NCBI GenBank assembly: GCA_039815375.1
Contig: JBCBZJ010000001.1
Span: 1 to 64,000 of the forward strand
From: Verrucomicrobiota bacterium
Lineage (GTDB): Bacteria > Verrucomicrobiota > Verrucomicrobiia > Opitutales > Coraliomargaritaceae
Direction of reading: 5' to 3'
Length of the DNA: 64,000 nucleotides
A program made the translations under genes and the position numbers. Numbering within the stretch: the stretch's first letter is position 1; the number at the start of each line of letters is the position of its first letter. Below, in pieces: positions 56,843-64,000 of this stretch. Below the pieces are notes generated by a model, which was not told the DNA's origin, searched no databases, and worked only from the letters and a program-made list of their open reading frames with translations.

Positions 56843-58117
56843 ATGAACCGAAGTCTCTCATTAATTATAACAGCCTCTATTCTGGCTTTCTTAAACTTCT
56901 CTCACAGTTTGTTTGCAGCGCCGCTCGTTTCTATAGGCGACAACGCTGACATCTACTTTAACGGTTCCACAAGTCTTCGATACGATTCGAACGTTTTTCG
57001 AAACGAGGATGGTGAAGAGGAAGATTTGATTTGGACGATCAGTCCAGGTTTCGAATTTGACTTGGGCCGTGGGTTGTCTAACGCCGATTTCAGCATCATC
57101 ACCCGTTACGACATTCGCCGCTACGATGACCTTGATGGGCTCGATACCGAACTTTTCAGTATCGAGGCAGCTGGTTCTTACACGGGCACACGACTGGATC
57201 TTAGTGCATCTGCGAGTTTCGAAGAAGAAAAAGCTGCAACTGGTGATTTGCAAATACAGGACCTTGTTGAATCGGATAGAACTTCAGCAAAGATCGATGT
57301 GGAATACGAATTGTCGCCAAAGCTCAGCTTCGGAACTGGTATTGCATACGCAAAGAAAGATTATAAGACTTTTCAGGAGTTCTTTGCTGATCGTGAGTCC
57401 TACACTTTACCATTTGATATATTTTATGAGTTGACTCCCAAATTAGACCTGATCTTGGGATACCAGTATCGGCTCGACAAGGTTGATGGCACGGAGGGGA
57501 GGATCACGGATCAATTCCAGCTCATGGGGCAGAATGTAGTCGAAACGTTGGACACTTCATCCTACGATGCAGACAATCACTTTTTTAATGTCGGCCTGCG
57601 CGGAGATCTCCTTCCCAAACTGGTAGGTTCCTTTCGAGCTGGTTATCGTCTTAGGGATAGTGATGATCGAACCCTCCAAGCAACTACTATTATAGACGGA
57701 GTAGTTCAGCCACTTCCTCCAACGGGAACTCTCGATGGCAGATCCAACGGATCACTTGGTATTGACGCTGATCTGACTTGGCTGACATCACCGAAGCTGA
57801 CTACCTCGGTTGGTTTATCGCGTGATTTTGGTATCGGCAGCGCGGGTGAATCAACAGAAAGAACTGGATTTGATCTCATTTTGAACTACGCAATCAATCC
57901 GAATTTTTCCACTGTAGCTTTGGCTTCATATTCCTATGTCGACTTCAGGAGTGGTCGTGAAGACGATACGTATCGTGCAGGGCTTCGTTTGAACTACGTG
58001 CCGAACGAATATTGGAGCTTTGGAACTGGTTACAATTTATCAGACACGGATTCAAACACAGTTGGCCGAAGCAACACGAGTCACATTCTCGATATTTCTG
58101 CCTCTCTGAGATATTAA
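56843..58117 (+). CDS. polysaccharide-locus outer-membrane beta-barrel protein
   Basis: Signal peptide, YDSNVF...TISPG, alternating beta strands, terminal ISASLRY, upstream of wza-like gene. Confidence 0.85.
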   Translation: MNRSLSLIITASILAFLNFSHSLFAAPLVSIGDNADIYFNGSTSLRYDSNVFRNEDGEEEDLIWTISPGFEFDLGRGLSNADFSIITRYDIRRYDDLDGLDTELFSIEAAGSYTGTRLDLSASASFEEEKAATGDLQIQDLVESDRTSAKIDVEYELSPKLSFGTGIAYAKKDYKTFQEFFADRESYTLPFDIFYELTPKLDLILGYQYRLDKVDGTEGRITDQFQLMGQNVVETLDTSSYDADNHFFNVGLRGDLLPKLVGSFRAGYRLRDSDDRTLQATTIIDGVVQPLPPTGTLDGRSNGSLGIDADLTWLTSPKLTTSVGLSRDFGIGSAGESTERTGFDLILNYAINPNFSTVALASYSYVDFRSGREDDTYRAGLRLNYVPNEYWSFGTGYNLSDTDSNTVGRSNTSHILDISASLRY

Positions 58118-58178
58118 TTTCAGAACATCTCTCCGCTAATGCGGACTAAATGCCTCACTATTGAGGCATTTTCTATCT

Positions 58179-58841
58179 ATGAATACAAATTTCTCTTTGC
58201 TCTTTTTGGGCTTATTTTTTGCCGCCTGCCTTTCCGGATCTGCTCAGGATTTCGGTGCAGTTTCTGGGGCGGGGGCAGGCTCAGCTCCCTCGGCTGGCCC
58301 ATCGGGTTCTGGATCCGGAGTTGGTATTATCGTTGGTGAGAACTACGTTCTCAAGCCTTCAGATGTTGTTGGTGTCGAAGTTTTTCAAGAGGTAGATCTG
58401 AACAAGAGCGTTCGCATTGAAGGGGATGGAACAGTCGCTCTTGCTTTGATCGGAAAGGTAAAAATCGCTGGTATGACTGTTGGTGAAGCTCAGTCACTTG
58501 TGACCGATTTATACAATCGAGACTATCTTGTTGATCCTCAGATTTCCTTACTTGTGGTTTCTTTCTCACCAAAGGTTGTTCACGTTCTTGGCTCTGTGAA
58601 CAGTCCTGGAGTCATCGAAATCCCGCCGGACCGTGACCTGACCCTGACAGAGGCGATTGCCGGAGTGAGAGGTGTCAGCCGTTTGGGCAATCCCAGAGCG
58701 ATCACGATTAAAAGAGTTGATAAGGATGGCCGGGCAAAACAAATGGAAGTCAATTTCAACAAGGTTGTAACCGACCCAGATATGAAGGACGTGATTCTCA
58801 AAGAAGGCGATACGATATGGGTGCCGGAGAGAATCATTTAA
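58179..58841 (+). CDS. wza: polysaccharide export OPX protein (Poly_export + SLBB; short Wza-like)
   Basis: YVLKPSD.V.V.VFQE.DL, DGTV.L.LIG.V..AG.T, VLGSVNSPG, LKEGD.I.VPE. Confidence 0.9.
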   Translation: MNTNFSLLFLGLFFAACLSGSAQDFGAVSGAGAGSAPSAGPSGSGSGVGIIVGENYVLKPSDVVGVEVFQEVDLNKSVRIEGDGTVALALIGKVKIAGMTVGEAQSLVTDLYNRDYLVDPQISLLVVSFSPKVVHVLGSVNSPGVIEIPPDRDLTLTEAIAGVRGVSRLGNPRAITIKRVDKDGRAKQMEVNFNKVVTDPDMKDVILKEGDTIWVPERII

Positions 58842-58857
58842 ATCTCCAAAAACAAAT

Positions 58858-61142
58858 ATGAAAAACGAGTATGTAAGGGGTGGACCTGATCCGAATTCAG
58901 GTGGTTATGGCTATGGCGGCTACGGCTACGGTGGTGGATACGGGTATGGTTACGGTGGTGGCTACAGCGGTGGTAGTAGCTACGGTAGCGGTGGACCTCA
59001 GCGTTCTTTCAAAGATTATTTCCTGATGTTTCGGGAGCGCATCTGGTATCTCATTGTAGCGTTCTTTATTATCTTTTCTGGCTCAATTCTTTACACCTTC
59101 AATAAAACCAAGGTCTATACGACTGCAGCCACAGTTCAACTTCTTCGCGATGATCCCTCTGCTCTGGGTGATACTGTAGAAATCGAACAAAATCAGATTC
59201 GGACTGCGGAGGACCTGAATACACAGATTAGTGTCTTACAAAGCGCGTCGATCATTCAGGGTGTGGAACAAAGGTTGCAGGATGAAATGAGACAGCGTTT
59301 TATGGCACCCTATACAGATACATTGAGTATATCGGGTCCACTGACTCCACTTGAGGTTTTAGGGAAAAACAGAAAGATAGTCCCTCAGAGAATGAGCCTG
59401 ATGATTAATATCGCTTATTCTCATCCGGATCCATTCATTGCTGCGGAGGTAGCTAATCTCTCTTTGCGAAGGAGTTTATCGACTACAATCTGAAGCTCAA
59501 TGTAGATGGGTCAATGAAGGCTGTTGAGGACCTCCGCCTTCGGGCAGATCAGCAGAAAGAGCGAGTTGAGGAATTGGAATTTAAACTTGCTGAATACCGT
59601 GAACAAAAGAACGCCGTCTCATTGGATAGCCAAGAAAATATTGCTGGTGAACAACTCGTTAGTCTAAACGGGGTAAAGCTGCAAAATAAGAATATCTATG
59701 ACAACCTCGAAACCAAGTGGAAGCTCATCGAGAGTTACCGCCGCGAGGGTAGTAACCTTTGGAAACTTTCATTTATCTCTGAGCATCCTCGAGTCTCAGC
59801 TCTCTTATCTCAGATTTCAGATGCTAGGATTCAGATATCATCGCTCTCGAAACGTTATCGAGAAAAGCACCCGGCGATGATTCAATTAGTTCAAACATTG
59901 CAAGAGGCTGAGTTAGAGCTCGAACTAGCAGTTGAGAATGCAGTGAGTAAAATATATGCTGCCTATCTCGAGGCGGAAAAGAATTTCGAAATTGCTAGCC
60001 TTCGACTTGCTGAGAAAGAGCAGGAGCTCATCGATCTAAGTAAAACTCGCGTGGAGTTTAACTCTCTCCTTCGAGATTTGGATGTACAGCAGAGTTTCTT
60101 CCAAGCACTTAACTCGCGCATGACTACTGAGAAGGCGCAAGTTAGTCTGAAGAATCCCAATGCACGTATCGTTGATGAAGCCTTTCCACCAGCAGAAAAC
60201 CGGCCCTCTTCACCTAACGTAGTGATGAACTTAGCGGCGGGATTTTTTGGAGGTATTGCTGTGGGAACAGGTTTGGTGTTTGCAGTCGCATTCCTTGACG
60301 ATCGTGTGAAGAGTGCTTTCGACATTGAGGGGACGATTGGTCTACCCATGCTGGGGGTTGTTCCACGCATTAAGAAGCTGGATACAAACTCGAAAGCACA
60401 AGCTGTTGCTTCCAATGCCGACAGGCATGTCACCGAGACATTCCGCTCGATTCATTCCGCGCTTAAGCTAAGTGATGAGAGCAAGAACGCCAAGGTCATT
60501 CTAACAACCAGCACGGTTCCCGGTGAAGGTAAGTCTTTTGTAAGTTCCAACATGTCACTTACTTTTGCGAATCATGGTGAAAAGACTCTGTTGATTGACT
60601 GTGACTTGCGTTTGCCGAATGTTGCAAGGTCTCTTCAGCTGGAAGATGAACTAGGTCTTTTGGATCACATCGATAAAGGGATAAGTCTGGATGAAGTCAT
60701 AATCAACGAGGTTTACCCTAATCTTGATGTGCTTCCGACTGGTGGGAAATCCAAGAATCCTACTCAAGTTCTGAACAGCGAACAGTTTGAAGGTATGTTT
60801 GCCGAGCTTCGTGATCGTTATGATCGAATCGTAGTGGATACGCCACCTTTGGCTGCTGTTAGTGATGCGCTCAACCTTCTGTCATTGGTGGATGGCGTAG
60901 TTTATGTGATTAAATTCAATACCGTTAAGCGTAAGACTGCAGTGGTTAACGTTCGCCGCCTCTGGGAATCTAACACTCCGGTCTTCGGAGCTGTGCTAAA
61001 CAACATCACCAGTTCTCTCTCCAGTTACTATTACTCACAATACTCGGACAAGGCCTATCAGGATTATTACATCCATCACGACGAAGACTTTGAGCAGGAG
61101 CTTGGTGGAGAGGTGGAACCTCAACTGGAAGAAAAATCTTAA
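58858..61142 (+). pseudogene. wzc: polysaccharide co-polymerase/BY-kinase Wzc, frameshifted (ORFs 58858-59493 and 59514-61142)
   Basis: Removing 2 nt from TCTCTC (59457-59462) restores ANLFAKEFIDYNLKLNVDGSMKAVEDL. Walker A PGEGKS, A' LIDCDLR, B VVDTPP and Tyr cluster present. Confidence 0.9.
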
Positions 61143-61168
61143 TCAGATTTTGTTCTCCGGGCCTCAAG

Positions 61169-62149
61169 TTAGCGGGCTGCTCTTCTTAGCCGATCGTTTA
61201 TTGCGGATCCGACTGATTCATTCTGCGCTGCTTCAACTGTAAGCTTGCGGTAGGCCCGGCCGTCGAGTTTCTGAATTAGATCGAATAAGTTTCTTGCAAT
61301 CTCGCCGAGATCACCATTTTCAGACAGCCAATAGACATGGTCGGAATCCAGTGTGTCGGGTTTTTTGTTTAGGATAATCGCTTCATCTTCTGATGCGACC
61401 CAGTCTACCTGCCCGTTCTCGATAATATCGATTGGTGTGTGAGGGCTATAGTGTTTGGAGAGAAGGCCTGGAGAGGTCTGCGGTAGATTATCATGCCCAT
61501 CTCTTTCTTGGGTATGTATAATCAGGCCAGTTCTATTCTTAATCTCTTCTGCGCTGATGGGGCCAGGTCGGAGGATACGCGGATTATGGGCTTGATGAAA
61601 TTCAATTACGGTCGACTCGAGCCCGTGACTGCAGAACCCTCCATCCAAGATTGCCGCGATCTTTGATCCAAGCGTCTTGCTGACATGCTCGGGCCTTGTT
61701 GGGCTTACATATCCGAATGGATTTGCACTAGGAGCCGCTAACGGGAAATCCAATTTTCTTAGCAACTCTTGAAGTAAGGGATGATTGGGAACTCTTACGG
61801 CTGCTGTCGATAATCCGGCGGTTACCAAGTCGGGTATAGAATCACTTTTCTGTAGAACGAGTGTCAGGGGCCCTGGCCAGAAGGTATTTGCAAGCTTGAT
61901 TGCTTTTTCGCAGGCATAGACGTGCTTAAAAGCACTCTGAGCATCTTTAAAATGCGTGATCAGCGGATCGATGAATGGCCTGCCTTTGACTTCAAAGATC
62001 TTTCGGACGGCACTCTCGGAGAGGGCGTTTCCAGCTAGACCGTAGACTGTCTCTGTGGGGACAGCCACTAGTTGATCCTCACGGAGATGCTGTCCGCAGA
62101 TTTCTATGGACTTGCTATTACTACGCAGAATCTTGTCTGGAGAGGGCAT
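61169..62149 (-). CDS. tsaC: L-threonylcarbamoyladenylate synthase (Sua5 with C-terminal domain)
   Basis: PTETVYGL, KGRP..DPLI, FWPGPLT, AAPSAN, SPG....HYSP, AINDRL.RAA. Confidence 0.96.
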   Translation of the reverse strand: MPSPDKILRSNSKSIEICGQHLREDQLVAVPTETVYGLAGNALSESAVRKIFEVKGRPFIDPLITHFKDAQSAFKHVYACEKAIKLANTFWPGPLTLVLQKSDSIPDLVTAGLSTAAVRVPNHPLLQELLRKLDFPLAAPSANPFGYVSPTRPEHVSKTLGSKIAAILDGGFCSHGLESTVIEFHQAHNPRILRPGPISAEEIKNRTGLIIHTQERDGHDNLPQTSPGLLSKHYSPHTPIDIIENGQVDWVASEDEAIILNKKPDTLDSDHVYWLSENGDLGEIARNLFDLIQKLDGRAYRKLTVEAAQNESVGSAINDRLRRAAR

Positions 62150-62164
62150 TGTTGACTGGGATAC

Positions 62165-62193
62165 AAAAAATCCCTCCCTTTGTGGGGGAAGGA
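62165..62193 (-). terminator. terminator after rpsR
   Basis: Minus strand TCCTTCCC-CCACAAA-GGGAGGGA followed by T6. Confidence 0.7.
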
Positions 62194-62220
62194 TCGGAAA
62201 ACTCTATCCTGCGATGGCAA

Positions 62221-62418
62221 TTACTGCATGGTCAGCATATTGCGGGCCTGCTTAATTCGGTTCGTGATGCGACGCTGATGCTTCGCGGAAAGTCCGGTAA
62301 TTTTACGTGGAAGAATTTTGCCTGTTTCAGTTACGAAACGGGAGAGCTGCTCCACATCGTTGAATGTGTAGTCCATCGGGTTGCGGGAGCGGTTGGGAGT
62401 CTTATTTTCGATGCTCAT
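62221..62418 (-). CDS. rpsR: 30S ribosomal protein S18 (Cys-free)
   Basis: [26 protein letters not shown]...IK.AR. Confidence 0.95.
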   Translation of the reverse strand: MSIENKTPNRSRNPMDYTFNDVEQLSRFVTETGKILPRKITGLSAKHQRRITNRIKQARNMLTMQ

Positions 62419-62573
62419 GGAGCGGAGGAAAGTAGGGAGCCGAATCTACTGTGCAAGTCTTATTTGTGCCTTATTTTCGCTACTTGCTCCTGGGCGGTTT
62501 TACATTCGAACTCACGAATCAGCACTTGAATGATGGAGATCTGTTCTTAATCAGAGAGTTGTTGTACTACAAA

Positions 62574-62648
<75 letters not shown>

Positions 62649-62746
62649 CTTCTATAGTGTAAGCGGAGCTGCTAAGCGCAAAAAGCCTTTGCATTCTTCA
62701 ATTTAAGTAATTCTCATCAGGTCACCATATGCCCGTGGCCCATAGG

Positions 62747-64000
62747 ATGAGAACTGCTAGACTGTTATATTCATTTTGGGCATCGCTTTGCCTGATGCTT
62801 TGCGGTTCTAGTGAATTATCAGGGCAATTACCTTCTCTGAACAAAAAGCCGAGCTTGGTGCATGATGAGCTTGCTACTACGAGAGCAGAATGGCGTTCAG
62901 TTGGTGCAAAAATCGCCTTGGAGTCCGGGCTTAGTGCGACTGCGATCGTGCTTTACAGCTCATTGTTTGAAGAGAGTCCGGAGCTTCCAGAGGGAGCAGC
63001 TCAGGAGTATCGCTTAGATCTGGTGGCCGCGCTGGTTGGGCAAGGGAGATTTTCTGAAGCTCGAAAGGCTTTGGACCTGGTGTTCCCCAGCCGATTCCCC
63101 AGCCGCTATAATCTCTACAGTGCCGTTGTTGGCTATGGTTCCGGGACATATCAAGAGGCTGCATTATTAGAGGCCGCACTTTCAGGAATTGATCAGGGCT
63201 CTCTCAGGCCAGTTGATCTGCCTTGGCTCTACCTTTTGCGTGGGGTTTTGTCTGATCTTCAGGGGCAGTCTGGACTCGCCGGAGAACAGTTTTCGCGTGC
63301 AGTGGATTCTGCTGCAAGTGCTTTGCAGGAGGCTTTTTTCTTAAGCTTGGTATTCCGTCAAAAATTGCTTACCGCTCCGGCTGACGAAGAGTTGCTCCTT
63401 GAAGTTAGAAGAAATCTTGACGCGCTGTCAGGGCAGTCGGGGGCTTTTCCCTTTCTTCGTGAATATGCTGTGATTCTATACCGGATGGGCCGTGATGTTG
63501 AGGCAGTGCTCGCACTGGAGGATGAGCTGGCAAAGGTCGGCACGTCCTTCACGTCGGATGAGCGTTCAGAGCTTCTTTTACTCAAGGGACTTATCCTGGG
63601 CACTAATTCTGATCCGGGTTGGTCGGCTCTGAAGGAGTTGGTCCGAATTGGGGCCGAAAGTAAGTCGTCGGCGATTGCGTTACAGCTGCTTACAAGAGCT
63701 AGCGGACGTGATGCAGAATTGATGTCTTTTTTGAATGAGATGATTTCACAGCCGGATAGTCATCCTTTGCTTGCCATGATGTATTTCATCCGCTGCCAAC
63801 TAGCACTCGCCAATCCAGAGACAGCGGCCATCGCTGAGGCTGACGCGCGATTCTTGTTGGAGCAGTTTCCAGGTCTAGATGAGATAACGAGTGTTTACAG
63901 GCTTCTGGCATATGCAGCATTACAAAGAAGTCCTCCGCAGTACCGGGTTGCCGCTGACTATTTGATTAGTTTGAGAGAGCAGGTCTCTGGTGCTTCCGAG
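62747..64000 (+). CDS. exported alpha-helical/TPR-like protein, partial (runs off window; alternative ATG 62729)
   Basis: Frame MRTARLLYSFWASLCLMLCGSS... is still open and in phase at the window end; absent from the ORF track because it has no stop. Confidence 0.8.
   Translation, partial: MRTARLLYSFWASLCLMLCGSSELSGQLPSLNKKPSLVHDELATTRAEWRSVGAKIALESGLSATAIVLYSSLFEESPELPEGAAQEYRLDLVAALVGQGRFSEARKALDLVFPSRFPSRYNLYSAVVGYGSGTYQEAALLEAALSGIDQGSLRPVDLPWLYLLRGVLSDLQGQSGLAGEQFSRAVDSAASALQEAFFLSLVFRQKLLTAPADEELLLEVRRNLDALSGQSGAFPFLREYAVILYRMGRDVEAVLALEDELAKVGTSFTSDERSELLLLKGLILGTNSDPGWSALKELVRIGAESKSSAIALQLLTRASGRDAELMSFLNEMISQPDSHPLLAMMYFIRCQLALANPETAAIAEADARFLLEQFPGLDEITSVYRLLAYAALQRSPPQYRVAADYLISLREQVSGASE

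Overview
Bacterial chromosome segment, most likely Verrucomicrobiota (Opitutae, Coraliomargarita/Puniceicoccales-like). This is inferred from gene content such as the PEP-CTERM protein, fused SecDF and extended PstC, not from a database search. It opens with the end of an rRNA operon (ITS, 23S, 5S), then an orphan DNA methyltransferase, a VanZ-like gene, a GAF-GAF histidine kinase, glnD, slyD, ftsK and a histone-H1-like/Ig-fold protein. From about 13.4 to 35.8 kb lies an apparently co-regulated phosphorus-scavenging region: pstS-pstCAB-phoU, an OprO/P-type porin, a TonB-dependent receptor with a secreted acidic beta-helix protein and a PEP-CTERM protein, a LolA-like protein and a six-gene TonB2(Ttp)-type energiser operon. 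At least five, probably six, intergenic regions there carry a TGTWACA-like heptamer phased at 11 bp, a candidate lineage-specific Pho box. The region also holds two vapBC modules, a REPIN and a deletion scar joining remnants of a second pstS and a PiT-like permease. The rest is mostly core genome (rnpB, rpsT, RluA-like, yajC-secDF, recJ, pdxJ, nnr, dprA, ACT protein, dnaE, lipoate ligase-like, RmlD-like, hisC, HlyC/CorC, TPR protein, sua5, rpsR, tRNA-Arg). It also contains a structured ~530 bp intergenic region (candidate ncRNA or small ORF) and a polysaccharide-export locus whose wzc is split by a 2-bp slip in a (TC)3 tract.
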